Below are positions 26,199 through 34,647 of a stretch of DNA of 64,000 nucleotides, in pieces (the first letter of the stretch is position 1; the number at the start of each line of letters is the position of its first letter). Location: NCBI GenBank assembly GCA_910587255.1, contig CAJUKT010000073.1:5700-69699 (forward strand), given 5' to 3'. Made by a program: the position numbers and the translations under genes. Below the pieces are notes generated by a model that was not told where the DNA came from, made no database searches, and saw only the letters and a list, made by a program, of their open reading frames with translations. The stretch comes from an uncultured Oscillospiraceae bacterium. GTDB lineage: Bacteria; Bacillota; Clostridia; Oscillospirales; Oscillospiraceae.

Positions 26199-27728
26199 AT
26201 GACGGCATATGAGAGATTTCAGGCGCTGGAGCTGGATCGATCCTGGCTGGGGCTGGAGCGGGGAGATACGCGCGGGGACTACTTCTGCACCCCGCTGGGG
26301 GCGCAGGTCATCGGCTGGGCGGGGGTGGACGGCATCCACTTTTGCTTTGTGGAGGGCTTTGGAGAGATGGTGTTTGCCGTCAGCCCCGCCAACCTGCCGG
26401 GGGACTATGTGCAGCCGCTGGCCGGGAGCTTTGCGGATTTTATCCGCCTGGTGCTGGCCTGCGGCGGCATAGACGCGGCGGAGCAGGCCCACGGCTGGAG
26501 CCGGGTGCAGTTTGACGAATACCTGGCGCAGTACCCGCCGGACGGGGAGCGCCGGGCGGCCCTGGACGCGCTGGGGGACGGGATGGGGCTGGCTCCTATG
26601 GACGACCCCTACGGGTATATCAAGGGAATACAGTCCTCCTTTGACTACGGCGCGTTACGCTTCGGGGAGGACTACTGGGACTTTGTGGGCAGACCGTCTC
26701 CGCCGCCTCAGGCCCCGGCATGGCGGGTGACGTACGGCGGAGGCGGGGGCCGGGAGAGGCCGGGGCAGGAGATCCCGGTGGACAAAACCTTTGAGTGGGG
26801 CGGCAGCGTCTGGCATGTCCCGGCGGTGTACCTCTGCGGAAAGGGACTGGTGGCGGATCTTTGCATGGAGATTGAGCCGGAGCGGATGCGGGAGTTCTGG
26901 GAGAAGTGGCGGCCATGGATGGAGGAGGGCCGGGCCCTCACCCCGGAGGAGAGTGACCGGCAGGAGGCGGACAACCCCATGGGCGTGAGCTTTGACATCG
27001 AGGCGTGTGTCAACGGCAGGGCGCTGCGGCAGGAAAGCGGCTCCGGCTTTGGCTGGACGCCGCCGGACTGCCGCCCGGACTGGGAAGGGCAGGGGGAACG
27101 GAACCAGCAGAACTATGAGGGGCTGTGGGTGCTGGAGCACTATGGTCTGAATCAGGAAAAGTGCTGGCTGTTCTGGCGGGCGTGCTTTCCCTGGGCGACA
27201 AAAACAAAGCCCAAGCTGAAAAGCCTGACGCTTACCCTATCCCAGTCCCCCGCCGCGCAGCCAGGGCCCCGGTTTGCTGTGTCCGGGGTGGGGGAGGAGT
27301 TCCCGTTTACCCATCCGATCACAGGGCGGGAGCACATTTTACACGTGGAGGAGTACGAGCAGCGGGTATTGGATACGAGCTTTGACGATGACGAGTGGGA
27401 ATATCCCACCCACTTCACCGCCATGACCTACGCCGTGTGGCCGGAGCTACCCCAGGGGGCGGTGGACATCCGGGATTGCGGGGAGGGCGACCGGCCCCGC
27501 AGAAAAACGCCCCCGAACCCTATGGGGCCGACGGCGTTCAACGCGGTGGCCTTGGGGGTGATCGGGGGCGCGGACGGCCCTGCGGCGGTGGTGCTGGCCA
27601 ATGGGGGGAGCGCCCGGCGGCAGGCTGCCTGCTCCGCCCTGCGCTTCCAGCCAGGAGGGCCGGCGGAGTGGCGGATGGTGTTTTATGAAAAGAGCGTGGA
27701 GGACACGCAGGTGTATATGATACCTTGA
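26199..27728 (+). CDS. Hypothetical protein, 509 aa, Trp-rich, no recognised family
   Basis: GGGGAGG lies 8 nt before ATG 26199. The frame has GC3-rich codon usage throughout. The N-terminal ~110 aa (DYFCTPLGAQVIGWAGVDGIHFCFVEGFGEMVFAV) vaguely resemble SMI1/KNR4 (SUKH) domains, a recollection only. Confidence 0.6.
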   Translation: MTAYERFQALELDRSWLGLERGDTRGDYFCTPLGAQVIGWAGVDGIHFCFVEGFGEMVFAVSPANLPGDYVQPLAGSFADFIRLVLACGGIDAAEQAHGWSRVQFDEYLAQYPPDGERRAALDALGDGMGLAPMDDPYGYIKGIQSSFDYGALRFGEDYWDFVGRPSPPPQAPAWRVTYGGGGGRERPGQEIPVDKTFEWGGSVWHVPAVYLCGKGLVADLCMEIEPERMREFWEKWRPWMEEGRALTPEESDRQEADNPMGVSFDIEACVNGRALRQESGSGFGWTPPDCRPDWEGQGERNQQNYEGLWVLEHYGLNQEKCWLFWRACFPWATKTKPKLKSLTLTLSQSPAAQPGPRFAVSGVGEEFPFTHPITGREHILHVEEYEQRVLDTSFDDDEWEYPTHFTAMTYAVWPELPQGAVDIRDCGEGDRPRRKTPPNPMGPTAFNAVALGVIGGADGPAAVVLANGGSARRQAACSALRFQPGGPAEWRMVFYEKSVEDTQVYMIP

Positions 27729-27737
27729 AAGGACGGC

Positions 27738-27778
27738 GGGCCGCAGGGCTGTGAGCATCTCTCACGGCCCTGCGGCCC
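27738..27778. terminator. Bidirectional GC-rich hairpin between convergent genes
   Basis: GGGCCGCAGGGCTGTGAG-catct-CTCACGGCCCTGCGGCCC, with 17 of 18 positions paired. Confidence 0.55.
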
Positions 27779-27790
27779 GGCCTGCCTATT

Positions 27791-28858
27791 TTATTCCAGA
27801 GTGACCTCAATAATCACCGGGTTGTGGTCGGTGTATTGAAATTGGTGATCCAGCGTTTCCACCCGGTCAAGCCTGACGTTGGGAGAGAGGATAAAGCCGT
27901 CGATGATGTAGAATTGATTGCCTGCGGGGTTTGGGTCATAGGGGTGGTTGAGCAGGCGGCAGCTGGGGGTGGACAGGTCGCAGGCAAACTGCCAGCCCTC
28001 GGGGAGAATGGCGTTTTCCAGCACGCCGGGGGTCCACAGGGACGGGTCCTGGATGGGGTAGGCGTCCAGCGCGCCGGGGAAGGTTTGGTTGAAGTCGCCG
28101 CCTGCAATGACGTAATTGCCCTTCGCGTACTCGCCGGTGAGGAAATCCATAAGCATTTTTGTCTGGGCGGCCTTGCCCTCGCCGTCGTCGTAGGCCTCAA
28201 GATGGAGGTTGACCAGCACCAGCTGTTTGTCCGAGCCCTCCAGCGGCACATAGTTCACCAACAGGCACCGCTTCAGGTTGGCGGCGGACACCGGCCAGGA
28301 AAAGGGGCAGGGCAGGGCGATGCGCTCCGCCTTGTCCACATTGAACCGGCTGAGGGTTTGGAGGCCGCTGTGAACCTTGCCCAGCGGGGGCCAGGGGAAG
28401 GGGACGAAATCACAGGAGTAATTCAGGGCATAGGAAGAGGAATAGCACCGTTCGGAGGATTCGTTGAGGGTGTGGAGGTAGCTCTGATTCACGCCGTAGG
28501 TGCGGGAGGAGCCGGTGTCCACCTCCTGGAGGAAATACACGTCGGCCTGCTGCCCGGCCAGCTGGCCGGAGAGGCCCGCCAGGTTGGCCTCCATCTGCTC
28601 CCGGGTGGGGGCTACGTCCGCTCCGCCGTCCATGAAGAAGTCGGAATCCGCACCCAGGCCGGCGTAGCCGGTGTTTTGGGTGGATACGGTGAAGCTGTCC
28701 CCCGGGGCGATGGCCTGATTGGCAAAGGCGGCGATCTCCACACCCTCCACCGCATCCGGCTTGTATTCCCGTATGGTGAGCCAAGCCACCAGGACAACGG
28801 CGGCCAGCACCACCGCGCCCAGGGCAAGCCCCACCAACTTTAGTATCTTCTTGGCCAT
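27791..28858 (-). CDS. Membrane-anchored endonuclease/exonuclease/phosphatase (EEP) family protein
   Basis: MAKKILKLVGLALGAVVLAAVVLVAWL TM anchor, then EEP hallmarks (VYFLQEVD...; C-terminal YTDHNPVI). The start was set at ATG 28858. Confidence 0.8.
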   Translation of the reverse strand: MAKKILKLVGLALGAVVLAAVVLVAWLTIREYKPDAVEGVEIAAFANQAIAPGDSFTVSTQNTGYAGLGADSDFFMDGGADVAPTREQMEANLAGLSGQLAGQQADVYFLQEVDTGSSRTYGVNQSYLHTLNESSERCYSSSYALNYSCDFVPFPWPPLGKVHSGLQTLSRFNVDKAERIALPCPFSWPVSAANLKRCLLVNYVPLEGSDKQLVLVNLHLEAYDDGEGKAAQTKMLMDFLTGEYAKGNYVIAGGDFNQTFPGALDAYPIQDPSLWTPGVLENAILPEGWQFACDLSTPSCRLLNHPYDPNPAGNQFYIIDGFILSPNVRLDRVETLDHQFQYTDHNPVIIEVTLE

Positions 28859-29052
28859 GACGATCCAACCTTTCCAAATTCTTTCTGTGCCCAGCATAAC
28901 ACAAAGGCGGGGAGTTATCAAGCCTCATCCAGTGGGAACTCGATGGCGCCGGGCTTGTTATGATTTGCTGCCTGATGCATGCAGCAAGCCTTTACGGCCT
29001 GTACCGCGCCTTTCCACACTTGCATTCCCCCGTTTTTTATGCTATAAATAAT

Positions 29053-29069
29053 TTGATAACATATGTAAC
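29053..29069. promoter_or_regulatory. Operator-like box TTGATAACATATGTAAC upstream of the SorC-family gene
   Basis: 16 of 17 bases are identical to 30026-30042. The shared core TGTAAC also occurs at 30152-30157 and 30184-30189. Confidence 0.4.
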
Positions 29070-29072
29070 GGC

Positions 29073-30029
29073 ATGTCGGGCATAAGGAGCGTTTTTGTGG
29101 AATCTAGTCTGGAAAAGCAAAAGAAGCTGGCCTATGTGGCCAGGCGGTATTACCTGGAGGATCAGAAGCAGAGCGATATCGCCCAGGAACTGGGGGTGTC
29201 CCGTCCGCTGGTGAGCAGGATGCTGTCTGAGGCCCGGGAACTGGGGATTGTGGAGATCACAGTTCATGAGCCGGGGGCGCAGACCACCCGGCTGATGGAC
29301 CGGCTGCGTCTGTCCGGATCCATCCGGGGCGGCGTGCTGGTGGAGGACGGCGAGGACAACGACGCCACAAACCGGCTGCTCTCCCAGGGTGCGGTGGAGC
29401 TGCTGGGCCAGCTGGGCACCCGGCGGCTGGGGGTGGGCTGGGGTTATCTCATCGGCCAGCTGGTGACCTGGCTGGAGGAAAACCCCCGGCCGGACAGCGC
29501 CGTTACCGACATATGCCCACTGGTGGGCAATGCCAGCATCCCCGCCCGAAACTACCAATCCAACGAGAATGTCCGGCTGATGGCCCAGCAGCTGGGGGCT
29601 ACGCCCCATTTTCTCTATCTTCCCGCCCTGCCCGACAGCCTGGAGGAAAAACAGGTGCTGTGCTCCACCGAGGTCTACCGCCAAATTTACCAGCAGTGGG
29701 AGGGGCTGGACACGGCGCTGGTCAACATCGGCGACTACCCCTCCAGCCCCGATTTCGCCTCCCTGGTGCGGTACGGCAGCCTGCTCCAGCGCCAGCGGGC
29801 CTGCGGACGGATGCTGGTCTATTACTTTAACGAGGCAGGCACGGTCATTCAATCCGAGCAGGATTTTGCCATTCAGATTCCCATCGAAACCCTGCGGCAA
29901 TGTCCCAATATCATCGGGGTGTGCTCTGCCAACACCAGCGTCAAGGCGCTGGAGGGCGCCCTGAGAACCGGGATATTCACACACCTGGCCGCCCGGTCAA
30001 AGCTGGTGAAGGCCCTGCTGGACAATTGA
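29073..30029 (+). CDS. SorC/DeoR-family sugar-binding transcriptional regulator
   Basis: LAYVARRYYLEDQKQSDIAQELGVSRPLVSRMLSEARELGIVEI HTH plus a C-terminal sugar-phosphate-binding domain. GTG 29097 is an alternative start. Confidence 0.85.
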   Translation: MSGIRSVFVESSLEKQKKLAYVARRYYLEDQKQSDIAQELGVSRPLVSRMLSEARELGIVEITVHEPGAQTTRLMDRLRLSGSIRGGVLVEDGEDNDATNRLLSQGAVELLGQLGTRRLGVGWGYLIGQLVTWLEENPRPDSAVTDICPLVGNASIPARNYQSNENVRLMAQQLGATPHFLYLPALPDSLEEKQVLCSTEVYRQIYQQWEGLDTALVNIGDYPSSPDFASLVRYGSLLQRQRACGRMLVYYFNEAGTVIQSEQDFAIQIPIETLRQCPNIIGVCSANTSVKALEGALRTGIFTHLAARSKLVKALLDN

Positions 30030-30042
30030 TAACATTTGTAAC
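30026..30042. promoter_or_regulatory. Second operator-like box TTGATAACATTTGTAAC
   Basis: Near-identical to 29053-29069. It overlaps the regulator stop codon. Confidence 0.4.
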
Positions 30043-30078
30043 TCCCCAAATTGGCCCTCCAATTTGGGGAGCCTTTTT
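30042..30078 (+). terminator. Rho-independent terminator after the SorC-family gene
   Basis: CTCCCCAAATTGG-ccct-CCAATTTGGGGAG followed by CCTTTTT. Confidence 0.75.
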
Positions 30079-30143
30079 CTGTGCATTTCACACAATTTTA
30101 AGATGCAGATTCTGTATAATTCAGGGAAAAGCGATTTACTATG

Positions 30144-30190
30144 TTGACTTATGTAACATGATATGGTATTGTGTTTTTGCGAATGTAACA
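30144..30190 (+). promoter_or_regulatory. Putative promoter of the dhaL operon with two ATGTAACA boxes
   Basis: TTGACT (30144-30149), a 17-nt spacer containing ATGTAACA (30151-30158), and TATTGT (30167-30172). A second ATGTAACA lies at 30183-30190. Confidence 0.4.
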
Positions 30191-30218
30191 AATGTGAATG
30201 CGGAGGAGGTGAAACAGG

Positions 30219-30827
30219 ATGACAAAGACCGAATTCGCCGCGAGGCTGAAAAACGCCTGCGGGGCGGTGCTGTCGGCGGAGGAAGAGCTGACGGAAATTG
30301 ATTCCCGGTTTGGTGACGCCGACCACGGCTTAACCATGGCCAAGATCGCCGGGGCCATTGGCCGCGCGGTGGAGCAGCCGGGAGGCGGCATCCAGTCCAT
30401 GCTGGACGATGCGGCCATGGCCGTTATGACGCTGAACGGCGGCAGTGCGGTCCCCCTGTGGAACACTTGGCTGGACGGGATGCAGGAGGGGGCCCCGGAG
30501 GGGGACGAGATCGACGTGGCGGGCCTGCAGGCCATGTTTGCCCGGGCGCTGGAGGAGCTGAACGATATGTCCGGCGCAAAGGTGGGGGACAAAACCATGA
30601 TGGATGCTCTTATCCCCGCTAGCGAGGCCATCGCGGCCTACGAAGGGGCCGATGAGAGCGGCCTGTTTGAGGCTGCTGCCCGGGCTGCCGCCCAGGGGGC
30701 GGAGGACAGCAAGCAGTTTGTGTCCAAATTTGGCCGGGCCAAGAGCTACGGTGAGAAGACCATCGGCACCCCGGACGCCGGAGCGGTGTCTATGTCTTAT
30801 TTCTTCCAGGGCCTGGCGCGGGCCTGA
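30219..30827 (+). CDS. dhaL: Dihydroxyacetone-kinase-family subunit L (DAK2 domain)
   Basis: EIDSRFGDADHGLTMAKI..., a typical DhaL nucleotide-binding subunit. Confidence 0.85.
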   Translation: MTKTEFAARLKNACGAVLSAEEELTEIDSRFGDADHGLTMAKIAGAIGRAVEQPGGGIQSMLDDAAMAVMTLNGGSAVPLWNTWLDGMQEGAPEGDEIDVAGLQAMFARALEELNDMSGAKVGDKTMMDALIPASEAIAAYEGADESGLFEAAARAAAQGAEDSKQFVSKFGRAKSYGEKTIGTPDAGAVSMSYFFQGLARA

Positions 30828-30852
30828 AATACTGTAAGGAGATGGATTCCAT

Positions 30853-31851
30853 ATGAAAATGAAGAAGTTTATCAACGCCCCCGAGACCATCACCGACGAA
30901 GAGCTGATTGGCCTGGGGCTGGCCTATCCCGACATTCTGGATGTGGACGGCCATCTGGTCATCAGCAAGGATCTGGCCGGCGCGGACCGGGTTACCATCG
31001 TTACCTACGGCGGCTCCGGCCACGAGCCCGCCCAAGCCGGGTTTGTGGGCAGGGGGATGCTGGACATCCAGGCGGTGGGCGATATCTTTGCCGCCCCCAA
31101 TGGCCAGCTGGTGTTCGACGCCATGAAGCTGGCCGATAAAGGCCATGGCGTGCTGCTGCTCACCCTGAACTATGCGGGCGACCAGCTGGCGGGCAAGCAG
31201 GCCATGAAGCTGGCGCAGAAGGCCGGTCTGAACGTGCGTCAGGTAGTCACCGGCGAGGAGATCCAGTACGATCCCAACGGCGAGGACAATAAGCGGGGCC
31301 TGGCCGGGGCGGTGGCCCTGTATCACATCGCGGCGGCAGCGGCCAAGGAGGGCAAGAGCCTGGATGAGGTGGCCGCCATCGCCCAGCGCTATGCCGACAG
31401 CATGGCCTCCGTTACCGTCAAGTCCACCGACGCCACCCACCCCCAGAACGGCATGTCCTTCGGCGACCTGGGCGATACCGACCTGATGGAGATCGGCGCG
31501 GGCCAGCACGGCGAAGGCGGCGGCGTGCGGGTGCCTATGATGTCCTCCAAGGATACCGTGTCCACGGTGGCGGACGCCCTGTGCAAAAAGCTGGAGCTGA
31601 AGGCCGGAGATAAGGCGTTTGTCATGATCAATGGCTGCGGCGCTACCACCATGATGGAAATGCTGGTGCTGTTCAAGGACACGGTGGAATTCCTGAAGGC
31701 CAGGGGCGTGGAGGTCGTGGCCAGCATGGTGGGCGAGATCCTCACCGTCCAGGAGGCGGGCGGCTTCCAGATGAACATCGCCAAGTGGGACGAGGAATTT
31801 ATCCGCCTGTGGGGCGCTCCCTGCCACACCCCCGCCTACAGCAAGGAGTGA
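30853..31851 (+). CDS. dhaK: Dihydroxyacetone-kinase-family subunit K (DAK1 domain)
   Basis: KKFINAPETITDEELIGL...GGSGHEPAQAGFVG. Confidence 0.88.
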   Translation: MKMKKFINAPETITDEELIGLGLAYPDILDVDGHLVISKDLAGADRVTIVTYGGSGHEPAQAGFVGRGMLDIQAVGDIFAAPNGQLVFDAMKLADKGHGVLLLTLNYAGDQLAGKQAMKLAQKAGLNVRQVVTGEEIQYDPNGEDNKRGLAGAVALYHIAAAAAKEGKSLDEVAAIAQRYADSMASVTVKSTDATHPQNGMSFGDLGDTDLMEIGAGQHGEGGGVRVPMMSSKDTVSTVADALCKKLELKAGDKAFVMINGCGATTMMEMLVLFKDTVEFLKARGVEVVASMVGEILTVQEAGGFQMNIAKWDEEFIRLWGAPCHTPAYSKE

Positions 31852-31854
31852 GCC

Positions 31855-32739
31855 ATGGCTGACAACATCGGCAACAAGGCGGCCCACGACTACCATTTGG
31901 ACGTGCCCGCCGCGCAGGAGGGCTTTTACGTCAAGGGGAACGCCCACTGCGCCTGGGGCATGAAAAACCGGCTGGCCCGGATGTTCCGCCCCCAGTCCGG
32001 CAACACCGTCATGCTGGCGTTTGACCACGGCTACATCATGGGGCCCACCGCCGGGCTGGAGCGAATCGACCTGGTAATCCCGCCCCTCATCCCCTATGTG
32101 GACGTGCTCATGGGTACCAGAGGGACTATCCGCTCCTGCGTTTCCCCGGCCGCCCCGGCGGCAAAGTGTATCCGTGTGACCTATGATTCCACTGTTCTCT
32201 ATGACGACATGTCCAACGGCGGCGGCATCGCCTGCGACATCAACAGCGCCATTGAGATGAATGCCGACTGCATGGCGGTGCAGACCTTTATCGGCGCCCC
32301 CGGCGAGAGCCGGTCCCTGGAACTGCTGGCCCGCACCGCCGACGCGGGGAGCCGGTACGGCATCCCCACCCTGGGGGTGGTGGCCGTGGGCAAGGAGATG
32401 GCGCGCACGGAAAAGTTTTTCCTGCTGGCCACCCGGGTGCTGGCGGAGAACGGGGCCAATGTGGTGAAGAGCTACTACTGCGAGGGCTTTGAGCGGGTGG
32501 CTGCCGCCTGTCCCGTCCCCATTGTCATCGCAGGCGGCAAGAAGCTGCCGGAGCTGGAGGCGCTGGAGATGGCGTATAAGGCCATTCAGGAGGGGGCGCA
32601 TGGGGTGGATATGGGCCGCAACATTTTCCAGTCCGATTCCCCCGCCGGCATGGCCCAGGCCATCGGCAGGGTGGTGCACGAGGGCTTTACCCCCGCCCAG
32701 GCATATGAGGTCTATCAGGAAGTGAAAAATCAGCGGTAA
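31855..32739 (+). CDS. Class I aldolase of the DhnA/FbaB/LsrF family
   Basis: GMKNRLARMFRPQSGNTVMLAFDHGYIMGPTAGLERID...GGKK..., resembling LsrF/FbaB-type TIM-barrel aldolases. Confidence 0.7.
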   Translation: MADNIGNKAAHDYHLDVPAAQEGFYVKGNAHCAWGMKNRLARMFRPQSGNTVMLAFDHGYIMGPTAGLERIDLVIPPLIPYVDVLMGTRGTIRSCVSPAAPAAKCIRVTYDSTVLYDDMSNGGGIACDINSAIEMNADCMAVQTFIGAPGESRSLELLARTADAGSRYGIPTLGVVAVGKEMARTEKFFLLATRVLAENGANVVKSYYCEGFERVAAACPVPIVIAGGKKLPELEALEMAYKAIQEGAHGVDMGRNIFQSDSPAGMAQAIGRVVHEGFTPAQAYEVYQEVKNQR

Positions 32740-32908
32740 CTACATAAATAGGGAGGGCCCGAAGGGCCCTCCCCGCAGCGCGAAAGACCAACGCCGCTCC
32801 CATCGGGCGAGGATGGGAGCGAAGTCCCTCGCGGCAGTTATTATACACCATCGGCTCCAAAATTGCAACGCGGGGGACCCATTTTATTTTGAGAAAGGGG
32901 TCCGTCCC

Positions 32909-33427
32909 ATGAACGCAAAAAAATACCTGCCCATCGCTCTTTTTATCGGCCTCCAGGCATTTGCCCTTCAGGCCCTCGATCAGGCAATCTGCGCCAACAT
33001 CCCGCCCCTTGCCGCCGGAGGCGGCTGGATCTCCTTCCAGGCCTGGGCCATGTATTTCCTGGGCGGCTGTACGCCCAAGGGGGGCGCGCGGGCGCTGATC
33101 GGCTATGGGATCGGTATGGCCGCGTCCATCGCCATCATGGTGGGCGGCGGCGCGCTGGGGGCGCTGGGCTTCTGGGCCATGCCCGTCATCCTGCTGATCC
33201 TGGTGCCCATCATCCTATATCTGGATATCGCGCCTGAGATGGTCAATTTTGTTCCCGCCGTGTTTGTGGGGGCGGGCGTGTACTTCGGCGTGATGAGCTA
33301 TATTCCCGGCGCTGATTTTGTCAACGCATTTATCTCCGAGGGAGTGTACTGCGTGATCGGCCTGCTGTTCGGCTTTATCACCATCACCTTCCGGGGCTGG
33401 TACGAGAAAAAGTACGTCAATCAGTAA
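32909..33427 (+). CDS. DUF1097-like polytopic membrane protein
   Basis: MNAKKYLPIALFIGLQAFALQ... with five or six TM segments. The start is inside ORF 32813-33427. The family assignment is from memory. Confidence 0.6.
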   Translation: MNAKKYLPIALFIGLQAFALQALDQAICANIPPLAAGGGWISFQAWAMYFLGGCTPKGGARALIGYGIGMAASIAIMVGGGALGALGFWAMPVILLILVPIILYLDIAPEMVNFVPAVFVGAGVYFGVMSYIPGADFVNAFISEGVYCVIGLLFGFITITFRGWYEKKYVNQ

Positions 33428-33588
33428 GAAACTGTACCAATAGCCTCAGCACCCAGCTTTACGGCCCAAATTGCCCACCGGCTGCGTTGAAAAATCTTGA
33501 AATACACCAAGTATTCCCACGATTTTTCGTCTTGCCACCGGCAATTTTGGCTCGCCAATCTGAATACTTCGGCTATTGGTACAGCTTC
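33428..33588 (+). repeat. MITE-like palindromic element, family A, full copy
   Basis: The 18-bp terminal inverted repeats are GAAACTGTACCAATAGCC and GGCTATTGGTACAGCTTC. The element is flanked by TAA (33425-33427, the stop of the upstream gene) and TAA (33589-33591). The interior is an imperfect palindrome. Confidence 0.85.
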
Positions 33589-33627
33589 TAATTCACAGGC
33601 TCTGCCTGTTATTAAGGAGGAAAAACC

Positions 33628-33951
33628 ATGTCCGCTGAGTATATGCACATCGGAATCCCCATCACCAACCGCAAGCCCAACATGGTCTACAACGAGGGGG
33701 CCAAGTTCTGGGTGAGCAATGTGGACGACTACGACTACAAAATCGAGTACCTGAAATTTGAGGAGGGCACCCCTTTTCCCGAGGAAATCCACCGCCACCC
33801 CCATGTAGCCTATAAGGTGGACGACCTGGAGAAGTACATCGCCGATGCGGACAGCGTGATCTGCGGCCCCATGGAGGCCAACGAGAAGGGCGACCGGCTG
33901 GCTTTCGTTTGGAAGGATGGAGCCATTCTGGAGCTGTATCAGGAGGCGTAA
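33628..33951 (+). CDS. Small glyoxalase/VOC-like protein (tentative)
   Basis: 107 aa, MSAEYMHIGIPITN...HPHVAYKVDDLEKYI... AAGGAGG lies upstream. Confidence 0.55.
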   Translation: MSAEYMHIGIPITNRKPNMVYNEGAKFWVSNVDDYDYKIEYLKFEEGTPFPEEIHRHPHVAYKVDDLEKYIADADSVICGPMEANEKGDRLAFVWKDGAILELYQEA

Positions 33952-33980
33952 GCCGGTATTGTAAAACTGCATATGCAGGG

Positions 33981-34018
33981 GCAAGGGTGTGCGATCCCGC
34001 ATACCCTTGCTTTGTTTT
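33981..34018 (+). terminator. Rho-independent terminator
   Basis: GCAAGGGTGTGCG-atcc-CGCATACCCTTGC followed by TTTGTTTT. Confidence 0.75.
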
Positions 34019-34079
34019 CCGGCACTTCAAACACGGCGTTTCCCAGGCTGGTATCCCGCGCCTTCGGGCAGTACCGGCG

Positions 34080-34418
34080 TTAAAGCCTCCTGGCGCCGGG
34101 GGTTTCCAGCAGGCACAGCTCACAGAGCGTTTCTAGCTCCTGCATGTGATCCTCCTTTGGGTCGTCGTATTCCAGACAGGCCGCCGTTTGGAGAACAAAA
34201 GCGTCCTGGCCATATTGTGTCCAAAGGGCTTGCAGCCGTTTATTGGGGCAGCTCCCCGCAGAGAGCTGAAAGCGGATACGGTTGAATTTTGCGGGGATAT
34301 CTGCGGCAGGCATTAAAAATATCTCACCGGCAGGGCGGCAGTGGAAGGAGATCACCCCCATCTCCGGGCGGCGGTCCTTGTAGGCATTCAAAAGCTCTTT
34401 TTTTCTTTCTGTGACCAT
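34080..34418 (-). CDS. GIY-YIG-like small protein (LuxR-associated type, tentative)
   Basis: MVTERKKELLNAYKDRRPEMGVISFHC...RFQLSAGSCPNKRLQALW... GAGGTGA lies 4 nt before ATG 34418. Confidence 0.5.
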   Translation of the reverse strand: MVTERKKELLNAYKDRRPEMGVISFHCRPAGEIFLMPAADIPAKFNRIRFQLSAGSCPNKRLQALWTQYGQDAFVLQTAACLEYDDPKEDHMQELETLCELCLLETPGARRL

Positions 34419-34522
34419 ATTTCTCACCTCGCAAGACATTTTACCCCATTCAGCCCGCAAAAACAATCTACGATGCGTTGATTTTTGCCGCTGAGGACTT
34501 GCCAACAGCCATTACGAAATTC

Positions 34523-34551
34523 TTGATATATAGAAAAAAATGAGCTATACT
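34523..34551 (+). promoter_or_regulatory. Sigma-A-type promoter for the MCP gene
   Basis: TTGATA (34523-34528), a 17-nt spacer and TATACT (34546-34551). Confidence 0.5.
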
Positions 34552-34647
34552 ACCCGTTGGAGATGGGGCTGGATTCGCTGCGCGGCTTTGGCCCCGGGAA
34601 TTTGGAGGGCGCCGTGCCCAAAACCTTTTCCGATGGAGGAAGTTTTC

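Noticed and set aside
32777-32870. The hairpin GCTCCCATC-N7-GATGGGAGC plus GAGCGAAG and CCAAAATTGC strings as a further repeat-family copy.
   Set aside because: Only short word matches to families A and B were found. An alignment over more than 15 nt could not be made by eye, so this may be a decayed remnant or chance.
8756-33588. Whether the recurring repeats could be a CRISPR array.
   Set aside because: Copies are kilobases apart, in both orientations, 160 bp long and internally palindromic. No regularly spaced short repeats or cas genes are present.
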